From: Octopus bimaculoides
Lineage: Eukaryota
Direction: 5' to 3'
NCBI RefSeq assembly: GCF_001194135.2
Contig: NC_068991.1
Location: forward strand, 15,045,761-15,109,760
DNA: 64,000 bases
Shown here: positions 26,891 to 38,627 of the stretch, piece by piece
Layout: each line of letters opens with the position of its first letter
How positions within the stretch are numbered: the first letter of the stretch is position 1
The notes under the pieces: generated by a model
Told to the model about the DNA's origin: nothing
The model's input: the letters and a program-made list of their open reading frames with translations, nothing else
Database searches by the model: none
Program-made: the position numbers and the translations under genes

Positions 26891-27249
26891 TCCCCTAAAT
26901 ATTTATATAAATATGCAAATATTCATATCTTAAGTTCTATTTTCCTGTTTGCATCACACCATACCTGTGAGCATGCATATGCATATATATATATATATAT
27001 ATATATATACTAGACGAAGAGCAAATGCAGTTACAAGATAAACATATACCTTAACAAGTTCACAACAGATCTGCAAATGGAACAACTACTGCCATCACGA
27101 TAGAAGGACTTCATGTGAGAGTGTGATGCTGTGCGTCGGAGCAGAACAGAACAGGAGAAAGGTGACTAGGTAGACAGACACACAAAAAAAAAATTTTTTT
27201 TTTCTTCTTTTTTTTTTGGGGTTTTTTTTTCGTTTTGAAATTTACTTAC

Positions 27250-27469
27250 CAATCAGAACTTGCAGGTCGTGGTGGCGGTGTGCCGTTCTTTGCCATGTCT
27301 GGCCAACTGTGTGAACTCATGTCGGAATGAGAACCTGGTGACATATCTACGTTGCTAGTTTGGGGACTGCGCTGTAGCATGTGCTGAATCTGACCTCGAA
27401 GGGCATTGAGTGGGGTTTTCTCAACAAGGTTCTCGGGAGTTTTAATACGACTCAACGCAGCAGTCCAAC
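27250..27469 (-). CDS. TRIM33: Internal coding exon of the same TIF1-like gene (Ser/Pro-rich linker: WTAALSRIKTPENLVEK...PPPRPASSD)
   Basis: 220-nt open frame with coding-like GC and CpG content. Acceptor ttttcttctttactccaaag|GT (phase 1); strong donor GATTG|gtaagt (phase 2). Same strand and downstream of the B-box exon; assignment to this gene is inferred from position. Confidence 0.75.
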
Positions 27470-28662
27470 CTTTGGAGTAAAGAAGAAAATATACCGCATG
27501 AGAAAAAAAACATAATTAATTACAATCAGAGATAAGCTAAAAATGTAAGCACACACACAAGTATATTATATGACAGCTGAGGGTGGGAGTTTCCTGTTTA
27601 TGTAGCATGCTTTGTGGCTCATTGTTCTTTTTGTTGTCACCATCCCATAAGTTATTTTTCCACACTTTTTTTATTGATCTCATCCTAATTGCAGCAATTT
27701 TCATTGAGTTTTATGTGCAAAGTATGCACAGGTATCATAATTTACTTGCGGTAAGTACCAGTTTTCTATGTGGGTGTTTAGGAAGATTTAATAACAGATG
27801 TGAGGTATAAATGTATACACGTGATAAATATACAAACGAGAGTGTTACCCATCATATGACAAGTAACTTTGGAAGTATACTTTTGTGACCACAGATAACA
27901 TCAGGAAATATAACCTACATACAATAATTATTATTTAGTTTATAGCATTTTCTTTGGTGTTTATACAAAATGTTAAAATTTATACTAATTTTCACCAGAA
28001 AAGTATTTATTGCCTTAAAATGAAATTAAGTAAAACAAAGGTGCAGACATGGCTATTAGCCACAGGCACAGCTACTAGGAACAGAAATGGGTGTGTATCT
28101 GTGGAGCATGTGGTCTCAGGTTCAGTCCCACAATATAGTACCTGGCTCCAGGCCAACCAAAACCTTGTTCTGCAAATTTGGGGGATGGAAACTGAAAGAA
28201 GCCCACTACATGTGGGGGATGGGGGAGACTTTGTCTTGACATTACATGATGGCTGTAAATGTGTGCCACTATCATACAGGAGTTATTCATTTCCAGTCTC
28301 CTGCGGAAATTGTGCCTGGCCACAGAAAACCTTGCTTGGAAACAAGAGAGGTTTGGGAGAAGACATCTAACTAGAGAAAATCTACCTCAATAAATTCCAT
28401 CTGACCCGTATTTAAGTACAGAAAAGTCATAGTGTCTGTGATATGCATCCATTAGTGGCTGAGTGGATAAGATGACATTGCTTTTCTTTGTTACAAAATA
28501 AAAATTCCTCCTTTGAATCCATTCTGACTATCCAGAAATTAGACAACTGATAACAATCAGAAATCAATCAAACCAAACAAAGCTTAGTCTAAATATAAAT
28601 ATGAACCCCTGTGATGCCAACACACCTGAGACCACTCTGATTCTGTGATACAAACTTTCTTT

Positions 28663-28880
28663 AGCATTTAAACTGGCCATATCCAATCCAAATATTCTAC
28701 CTGTTTTATGCTCAATTTGGCCAGATTTGGTCTCTTACATCTACTCGACAATGTCATACTAAAAATATACAATCGCATCATCAAAATCTCAAAGCTATGA
28801 GATAATGTATGGCTAATTCAAAACAATGAGAATAAATAATCATTACGTCTGGCAGAATAATTTGAATGCTAAATGGTTAT
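28663..28880 (-). mobile_element. Reverse copy of the ~215-bp MITE
   Basis: ttagcatttaaactggcc...tttgaatgctaaatggtta. Confidence 0.7.
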
Positions 28881-31800
28881 AGTGATCGAAATCAAAAACT
28901 TTCACCAAAATTTTCAAGTTAATTTATGCTCCAATAGCATGTGAGTGGATTTAGTAGAAAGAAACTGAAATAAGCCATGCATGTATGTATGCATATATGT
29001 CTGTATAGACAGACATGTGCGTGTGTTTGTGTGTTCCTTGTCTTGACATTGCATGAAAGTCGTAAATGAGTGTCACTGTGATACAAGCAGTGTCGCTTGT
29101 TTCCAATAGTTATTTTAGTAAATTCTTCATTATTTTCTAAATTAATTGAAACAAAGGCAATGTATTAGAAAATCACTATTTTTAAATCTCACAACATGAG
29201 ATATTCAGCAACAGTACTTTGTAGTAAAAATTGTTTGCCAACATAACACGGCAGTCCTGGTTTAGGACTAATGTTGCTGTAATTTAGCCCCAGGAGACAT
29301 CATCTCCAGTTGGCTATATGACACGATCTGTGTCCTTATATCCTTGTATTTTAGAATGAGGAAATCTAGCACCACCACCACCACCCCACCCCACCCAGCT
29401 CGAAACTATCTGTATATTGCTTGAAAACAGGTGAGGGTTGGCAACTGGAGAGCATCCAGCTATTGAAAATCTGAGCTGATACACCATCCGATTCATGCAA
29501 GCACGGAAAGGTGGACATTATAACAAAGATGACGATGATAGCACATAAAAAAACCATATTACTGAACAAGTTCATCTCTTTTTAAAGACAGAAAGGTGCT
29601 ATTTGAGGTGAATAATTTTGCTGCCATTTCATACAGGTCAAGTAACTATAGAGAGACTTTCTCACTCAAGATACACTATTACAATTAACAAAACAGCAGA
29701 AGATGATGCGACAGAAAATTTGTCATGCAATGAGTAATATGGTGTCCGAAATCTTATATAAACATCCCTGTTGTATTTTCAGCTTCAAATTTTGGCTAAC
29801 ATCTAAGTTATTACATTAAAATCTTTGCAGTTAATTCTCAACTTGTCAAACTTGTCTAGATCCTGGTAAAACTAACTATATGACTGGCAATCATACTATT
29901 CATAACTCGCCAGACTTATCAACAATCAAGAGAAAACCAGCCCTATTGCTGGCTACGATGCTATTCTTAACTTGCTAAACTTGGCTATAATTTTAATGTC
30001 TCTAGCCCTAGAGCTGACTACCATGCAATTCAGTTTACCAACATGAAATGAGATTACAGTCTCCTGACACTGCTGGTTGATTTAGGAAATAACACTTTAC
30101 ATAACGGGAACACAAATGATTCAAATTAATTAATTAAGTCAACCATCAGAGAGATTAGTAGTTTATGCAAGAACTATTGCACTTTGAGGTCTAATCGTAA
30201 AAACATAACCAATAATTTAAAGAGACATATCAAATTTTCATCATCATCATCAGTTAAAATCCACTTTCCATGTTGGCATGGAATGGATGGTTCTTTTTCC
30301 AAATCTAAAGGGTCCAAGAACTACATCATGCCCCAGTATCTGCTTTGGAACAGTTTCTACTGCTGGATGCCCTTCCTAATACCAACCACTTTACAGTGTG
30401 TGCTGGCTGCTTTTCTCTTGCCACTGGCACGAGTGAAGACATCAGGTAGTTCGCGAGACTATGAAACCCAAGGTCTGGGGGGGGGGTTAGATTAGGAGAC
30501 GAAAGGTTAAGGTATGAGAGAAAGGGTTGGAACGGACCAGGTTCTCGCTACATGGCTACACACACATTTAGGAGTAAGAATGAATCAGTAGTAGCTGCAA
30601 AGAGATAAATAGTGGCAATACCATGGCAGGTGACACCTNNNNNNNNNNNNNNNNNNNNNNNNNNNNNNNNNNNNNNNNNNNNNNNNNNNNNNNNNNNNNN
30701 NNNNNNNNNNNNNNNNNNNNNNNNNNNNNNNNNNNNNNNNNNNNNNNNNNNNNNNNNNNNNNNNNNNNNNNNNNNNNNNNNNNNNNNNNNNNNNNNNNNN
30801 NNNNNNNNNNNNNNNNNNNNNNNNNNNNNNNNNNNNNNNNNNNNNNNNNNNNNNNNNNNNNNNNNNNNNNNNNNNNNNNNNNNNNNNNNNNNNNNNNNNN
30901 NNNNNNNNNNNNNNNNNNNNNNNNNNNNNNNNNNNNNNNNNNNNNNNNNNNNNNNNNNNNNNNNNNNNNNNNNNNNNNNNNNNNNNNNNNNNNNNNNNNN
31001 NNNNNNNNNNNNNNNNNNNNNNNNNNNNNNNNNNNNNNNNNNNNNNNNNNNNNNNNNNNNNNNNNNNNNNNNNNNNNNNNNNNNNNNNNNNNNNNNNNNN
31101 NNNNNNNNNNNNNNNNNNNNNNNNNNNNNNNNNNNNNNNNNNNNNNNNNNNNNNNNNNNNNNNNNNNNNNNNNNNNNNNNNNNNNNNNNNNNNNNNNNNN
31201 NNNNNNNNNNNNNNNNNNNNNNNNNNNNNNNNNNNNNNNNNNNNNNNNNNNNNTATATATATATATATGTATGTATGTATGTATATATAAACAAATTAGA
31301 GCAAAGGGAAAGTTTCAATATTGTTAAATTTCACCAAAAACTTCAAAAGCAAATAGATTTTTAAATAAATGCGAAACCAACAACTTTTACACACACACGC
31401 CCCTATTTTGAATTTTTTAGGCATTTCTTTACAGTATTTTTAAATATGTGAAATTGGAGATGATATAAAAACACTATCATTAAGAGTGGTATTGAACGAG
31501 ATGAAAATTTATTTATATTTTTAAAATGAAATTTTTAAAAAAAAAAATTGGAGTTCTATATCTTCTGCATGAAAAATATATTTAAATAACAAAAAAAAAA
31601 AACCATGCTCAGAAACAGAATTTTTACAATGATATAAATAATAAATATAACAAGTACAATAATAATGATAATAAAATCAAGATAACATCAATGCTTCTAT
31701 TATTAGTAGTGGTAGTAGCTGTGACAGCAATCATTCTGACAGACGTCAACTTTCTCACAAGTGTTCATTCATATATATGCACATGTATATACATACATAT

Positions 31801-31925
31801 GAAAACATGTATACATATGTATATACATATACATATAAGTATGTATTTGTACGCACATCTAAGTACAGGCATAAATGCATATATACATGTGTATACATAA
31901 GTACATATGCATACATATATGCATA

Positions 31926-31977
<52 letters not shown>

Positions 31978-32560
31978 NNNNNNNNNNNNNNNNNNNNNNN
32001 NNNNNNNNNNNNNNNNNNNNNNNNNNNNNNNNNNNNNNNNNNNNNNNNNNNNNNNNNNNNNNNNNNNNNNNNNNNNNNNNNNNNNNNNNNNNNNNNNNNN
32101 NNNNNNNNNNNNNNNNNNNNNNNNNNNNNNNNNNNNNNNNNNNNNNNNNNNNNNNNNNNNNNNNNNNNNNNNNNNNNNNNNNNNNNNNNNNNNNNNNNNN
32201 NNNNNNNNNNNNNNNNNNNNNNNNNNNNNNNNNNNNNNNNNNNNNNNNNNNNNNNNNNNNNNNNNNNNNNNNNNNNNNNNNNNNNNNNNNNNNNNNNNNN
32301 NNNNNNNNNNNNNNNNNNNNNNNNNNNNNNNNNNNNNNNNNNNNNNNNNNNNNNNNNNNNNNNNNNNNNNNNNNNNNNNNNNNNNNNNNNNNNNNNNNNN
32401 NNNNNNNNNNNNNNNNNNNNNNNNNNNNNNNNNNNNNNNNNNNNNNNNNNNNNNNNNNNNNNNNNNNNNNNNNNNNNNNNNNNNNNNNNNNNNNNNNNNN
32501 NNNNNNNNNNNNNNNNNNNNNNNNNNNNNNNNNNNNNNNNNNNNNNNNNNNNNNNNNNNN

Positions 32561-32746
32561 TATTCTTTTACTTGTTTCAGTCATTTGACTGCAGCCATGC
32601 TGGAGCGCCACCTTTAGGCAAGCAAATCGACCCCAGGACTTATTCTTTGCAAGCCTAGTACTTATTCTATCAGTTTCTTTTGCCGAACCGCTAAGTTACA
32701 GGGATGTAAATACACCAGTATCGGTTGTCAAGTGACGTTGGAGGGA

Positions 32747-32790
<44 letters not shown>

Positions 32791-32890
32791 TGATGGGCTT
32801 CTGTCAGTTTCTGTCTACCAAATCCACTCACAAAGCTTTGGTCAGCCCAAGGTGCCATGAAGTGGGACTGAACCCAGAACCATGTGGAAA
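32561..32890 (-). mobile_element. Reverse, partly deleted copy of the second SINE family
   Basis: cttttacttgtttcagtcatttgactgc...aaatccactcacaaagctttggtc. Confidence 0.75.
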
Positions 32891-33402
32891 CAGATATGGG
32901 CTGGTGACAGATAGGGCATCTGGCAAAAGAAAATTTGCCTCAAACTCTGTCCGACTCATGCAAGCATGGAAAAGTGGATGTTAAAATGATGATAATGGCT
33001 AATGATGTGTTGGCTTTCTCAAAGACAAAAAACAGTTTTCATGTTTCATAGGCTTTTGTATTTTTCCATGATTCTTTACTAAATATTTTTGTAACCTTAC
33101 CGTGGATACTTCATTATACCAGTTGTGCATTCACATTGTATTCAATTTATTTTAAATGCAGTCAATATTTTCCCCGATTTTTTTTTTTTTTTTTTGGTTA
33201 ATTCATTTAGGAACTAAAAATATTATAGTTAGAGTATTGCTGCCCATTCCCTTATTTTTTTGTATAAAGCTCTGCTTTATTATTGCAAATTTCTAGTATC
33301 TTGAACCAATTTAAATGGACAACATAATGTACGTACGTACGTATGTATGTATGTATGTATGTATGTATTTTATAAATATGTGTTATAGTTAAACAAACTA
33401 TA

Positions 33403-33997
33403 GGCGCAGGAGTGGCTGTGTGGTAAGTAGCTTGCTTACCAACCACATGGTTCCAGGTTCATTCCCACTGAGTGGCACCTTGGGCAAGTGTCTTCTACTA
33501 TAGCTTTGGGCCGACCAAAGCCTTGTGAGTGGATTTGGTAGACGGAAACTGAAAGAAGCCCGTCGTATATATGTATATATATATATATATATATATNNNN
33601 NNNNNNNNNNNNNNNNNNNNNNNNNNNNNNNNNNNNNNNNNNNNNNNNNNNNNNNNNNNNNNNNNNNNNNNNNNNNNNNNNNNNNNNNNNNNNNNNNNNN
33701 NNNNNNNNNNNNNNNNNNNNNNNNNNNNNNNNNNNNNNNNNNNNNNNNNNNNNNNNNNNNNNNNNNNNNNNNNNNNNNNNNNNNNNNNNNNNNNNNNNNN
33801 NNNNNNNNNNNNNNNNNNNNNNNNNNNNNNNNNNNNNNNNNNNNNNNNNNNNNNNNNNNNNNNNNNNNNNNNNNNNNNNNNNNNNNNNNNNNNNNNNNNN
33901 NNNNNNGGCTTCCAAAGAATAAGTTCTGGGGTCGATTTGCTCGACTAAAAGCAGTGCTCCAGCATGGCTGCAGTCAAATGACTGAAACAAGTAAAAG
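33403..33997 (+). mobile_element. Second tRNA-derived SINE family (central TA/TG microsatellite, here gapped)
   Basis: Head GGCGCAGGAGTGGCTGTGTGG...GGTTCATTCCC; tail GCAGTCAAATGACTGAAACAAGTAAAAG. Confidence 0.85.
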
Positions 33998-34397
33998 GAA
34001 AAAAAAAACAAAAAAAAAACTAGCTATATCATTAGCTGATGATCCTGCAGATATTTACTTATGTAAATTTTAATAGGTGAAACCATGGTACGTAGGTTAA
34101 TCATTTTTTTTTCTATTTAGTTTTTTTCATTTGTCTTGCCCTTTTACAGTCTGTTGTGTCGCTAATTTTTTACTGAGAACATATTTTTTCGTGGTTAGAT
34201 GATTCGGCATCTATTTCTAGCATATAGGAATCCACTTTTGCTGGTCATTCCTCTTATTTTTGTACATCATTAATGACATAGAAAGAGAGATACTCAAATG
34301 TAAAAATGAAGAGTGATTCCATTAGCAATTTTTTCCACCATTAACATGCCACAGTTTCACAAGCCTACTTCGAAATTGTTACAACAGAAATATTCTT

Positions 34398-34450
<53 letters not shown>

Positions 34451-34877
34451 CACACACATTACATATACACACACAGGGAGAGAGAGAGAGAGAGAGAGAC
34501 AGACGTATACATATAAATACATGCAGAATTTAAAATTATCAGACAATGAAATTAAAACACAAATATATATAATCAAGAAGATAATAAAAATTCATTTGTA
34601 AATTTTAAAAATTTAAGGTTTATATATATATATATGTAGAATATGTAATAAAATTTGTATATATAAGTTCATGGATTAGAAAAGAAAAAAACATAGCAAG
34701 CAAACAGATTATTAAATTTTTTTTTTATATGTCTTTTTTTATATTTAACCTTCAAACAATATCTACAGTATTGTCAGATATCTAAAACTTGCAATAAATC
34801 TATATTATTTAGGTTTTGGAAGTCCACGCACTATACACCGTACACACATACTAAGATGTACACACACGCATACATAC

Positions 34878-34949
34878 ATCTTAGTAGCCCACAGATTGCT
34901 GGACTCAGCTGGGTTCTCGTTTCCAGTCAGGGAGCCTCCTATTTCTCCA
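34878..34949 (-). CDS. Candidate 72-nt symmetric (phase 2-2) cassette exon: (S)GEIGGSLTGNENPAESSNLWATK
   Basis: Acceptor ctgcttgtattgaaatag|T and donor AAGAT|gtatgt. Open in the frame continuing from the 38335 donor; GC-richer than its flanks. Confidence 0.45.
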
Positions 34950-35310
34950 CTATTTCAATACAAGCAGATACATTTCAGTTTTAGAATTGGTCCAAACAAA
35001 TTTCAGTTTTTAAAAGAAAATAATAAATTATGGTAATGAGAATAGTAATAAATTATAAATGTTAATTTATAATTGAAAAAAAAAAAATACAAGTGACTAT
35101 AAATTTAAATATGCTTCAATTGTATTTCATAATTCTAAAGAAATTTTTCTGTTCTTTCAATGAAGAAGCATTTCTGTCTGGATATTATATATAATACACA
35201 AGCATGCACACTCGCTTCTTAACCACGTGGTTTCAAGTTCAGTCCCATGGGTGTCTTCTAATGTAGCCCAGTTAATGGAAACTGCAAGAAACCTGTCATA
35301 CATGTATGGA

Positions 35311-35416
<106 letters not shown>

Positions 35417-37128
35417 TGTCTGTCTGTCTCTGAATGTGAACTTGCAACTGTGCTTAAAATCTTAAATTCCCACAATTGTCTCTAGTTGAGTGAAACAGTG
35501 GCACTATCAAGATTCCTTGTTGAGATCATGACCAGCCATTGTGGTCTTTCAAAGACCACTGGAATAAAAGGAAAAAATATCCCACACTTGAAAGACAGGT
35601 AAAGGATTAGGGACACAGCAACTGGACATAAAATCCTGCCTTGAATGGCGAGATGGTAAAAAAAAGGACATTTAACAAATAAATATATGAAAATATGTCC
35701 AGCCATGGGGAGAATATTGCCCTGCTTGAAAACAGGTGAATGCTAGCCACAGGAAGGGCACCCAACCATAGATCACCTTCAAAGAATTCTATGTGATCTA
35801 TCAAAGTATGGTAAAGTGGACACTGAACAGATTGATGTATATGCAAATATAGATGGATGGACAGGAGTGGTTAGAGTGTCTATGAATATAAACAGTTTCC
35901 TCATTGGACTTTCAGTAAGGATGGTACTTGCCCATCCTCAGGTCTAGGATTATGTCCAGGATGTCAACCTTTGTCAAAACGGGTGGTAACTGTTACGGTT
36001 AAGCTGAATTCTTTGAAGATCTATGTCAGACCTCCTTACACCCTGTGGCATAGCCATTTTATATAACTTGAAACTGCTGAAGTGTCATCCCTATACAGAG
36101 CTTAACTATGATGGGGAAATAACACAATAAGGTCATATAAATATAATATACTAATATTATATTACATATTATATTAATATATTATATCATAATATATAAA
36201 CATATATTATATTACATTATAGTTGTTTTTTTGTACTGAAACTGAAGCTGAGTGTCTCACAACTCAAGTTGCATGTTGCTACAATTTTTAGGCAATACCA
36301 TATCCTCTACAACATATCAAGCACTCCCTTCTCATTCATTCAACACAAAACAAAACAAAACACGTATGTACAAAGAATAATTTGCTTTCTCAGCAGCACT
36401 GAAGTTGAAAACATCAGTTATACAAATTATTTTTTATCTTACTTTGCTTCTGGGAGTATTTATGTTTTTTTTTTGTTTTGTTTTGTTTTTTTTACAAAAA
36501 TTAAAATATCTAATAAATACAAAATTATTTTTGTTGGATAAAATAAAACTACAAAATTAAATAAAAACAATTTTCAAATCTTGTTATTTTCATACATTTT
36601 CTGGGAGGCGGGTGGGGGGGGGGCAAGTTAGCTCTGATCAAGCAGACCTCAGACTTACAATCAAAGACTTATCGTGCTATGACCATTTCATATTTTTCTC
36701 TAAGCACTTGTGTTTGTTTGTCACCCCGGACTTCATCAACGAATGCATCCAACTTCTGAAGATACATGATATGATTTGAGGTACACTGAGCTGCTATTTT
36801 TAATGGTCAGAACTACCACATAGAGGACCTATCATAAAGGGGAGAGATTAAATCCAATAGCAAATGAACCAATATTAGAATTTTAATTATCATTAAAAAG
36901 ATACAGTTCTAATATATTTCCATTTGTGACTCTTTTCAGGCCTTGTGAATAGTTGGCTTTGTTATCATGTTTCTTGACTATGCTTGTAATTTAGTTTACC
37001 TCTTGGTTTAGTTGGTCAGTTGGCTGCTTTGTTTTTTTTGTTGTTCCCCTCCCCCACAAGCATGGTTGTGTGGCTAAGTATTCTTTGCGACAAAATGGTT
37101 TCAGGTTCAACTGTACTGCAACAGCACT

Positions 37129-37366
37129 TTAAACCTTTTGATACCAATCCGCCTGAGACTGCCCTTGGTTAGTTTTATGATATAAGCTTCATGCTTAAAA
37201 GTGATCCCGGTTATTAAAAACTCCCCATCAAAATTTCATGTTAATTTATACTCCAAACACCAACTTATAATGGCAATATTATTTTACTAAATTCTTCGTG
37301 ATTTTCAAAATTAATTGAAACACAGTGAGTGTTTTCAAACAGAAAAATGGTAACAAAGGGAGTTAA
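37129..37366. mobile_element. Diverged related TTAA-type MITE
   Basis: ttaaaccttttgatacc...ggtaacaaagggagttaa. The internal sequence recurs at about 28890-29240 and 60330-60640. Confidence 0.6.
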
Positions 37367-37611
37367 ATGTCTTCTACAATAGCTTCGGGTTGGCCAATGC
37401 CTTGCGAGTGAGTCTGGTAGATAGAAATTGTGTGGAAGTCGTGTGTGTGTGTGTGTGTGTGTGTGTGTTCTATTTTTTAATTATTATAAATCTCCCACCG
37501 AGGAGGGAGCCAGTTTGCAACAAAGATACAAGGCTCTATCTTTGGGATGTAGTTAATACAAACAAATTCACATTTGGAACTTGAGAAAAAGTCTTGCATA
37601 TTTTTACTGTT

Positions 37612-38090
37612 CCACTCAGATTGTACTTGTACGAATAAGCCGGTCGATTTCTCTTTCTGAAAATCCCAGTTTATCCAGATTCTCCTTTAAGCATTTACTA
37701 ACAAAACCTAGCGCTCCAATTATTATTGGTATGAATATGTATTCATAGTTTGGATATAGAGGGTGCAGGTTTCGAAGCCGATGTTCAAAGATATCCTCTT
37801 TTTCTTTGATTTTCAAAGAAATATTTATATCTGCAGGGCAGCTGACCTCTATGATGGTACATACTTTTGCCCCTTCTGTCCCAAACAACAATATCCTGCC
37901 TGTTATGTTTACATCTGACAGAAGTTTTGATGGAAATATATTCCACCAGTATTCTTTGAGTTGGTGTTTATGAATGTATTCCATAAAAGAGGGATTTTTA
38001 GACAGTCTTTTTTGCGGATGGCATTGTAAATTTTTTTAGCAATGTATATGACGTGTGTCCGAGTGTTTGCTCTACTGCCACCAACCTGAC
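37612..38090 (-). mobile_element. Relic of a restriction-like endonuclease (RLE) non-LTR retrotransposon (R4/NeSL/CRE-type C-terminus)
   Basis: CTIIEVSCPADINISLKIKEKE...L..LYPNYEYIFIPIIIGALG matches the PD-(D/E)xK-type RLE tail. An upstream frame gives HV.YIAKKIYNAIRKKDC. Frameshifted. Confidence 0.75.
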
Positions 38091-38334
38091 CGCCAGTGTC
38101 AGTTTCTTCAACAAAAGTTGAGTAACTTCAGCAAAATAAACCAATACAATAAGAACCAGACTTTGAAAAAGAAAAAGAAGTACTGGGCTCAATTTATTCA
38201 GCTAAACCCCCTCAAAGTTGGATCCCAGCATGGCTGAAGCAAGCACAGATTTAAGATGTAATGCATATTTTTTTTTTGTTTTTGTTTTTTTTGGAGAGTG
38301 GGGTATCTGTTAATGATAAGAGAAATGCACTTAC

Positions 38335-38519
38335 CTAGGGTGTGTGGAAAATTGTCCAGCAGGAACACCAGATGGTGGGTAATAAACAGAGTTAGTCTTG
38401 ACAAGGGCGTTCGCATTAAGACTGCTACTAGGTCCATTTGACAAGGTCTTAGACACTTGGGGACCATTACTACTAGATCCACTACTTGATTGAAGATTAT
38501 TTAAAGAAGAAATTTGCTG

Positions 38520-38573
<54 letters not shown>

Positions 38574-38596
38574 TTGCTGCTGCTGCTGTTGCTGTT

Positions 38597-38627
<31 letters not shown>

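Noticed and set aside
30038-30072. Small AG...GT-bounded candidate for the missing TIF1 exon
   Set aside because: The phase-2 frame has a stop and the donor is weak.
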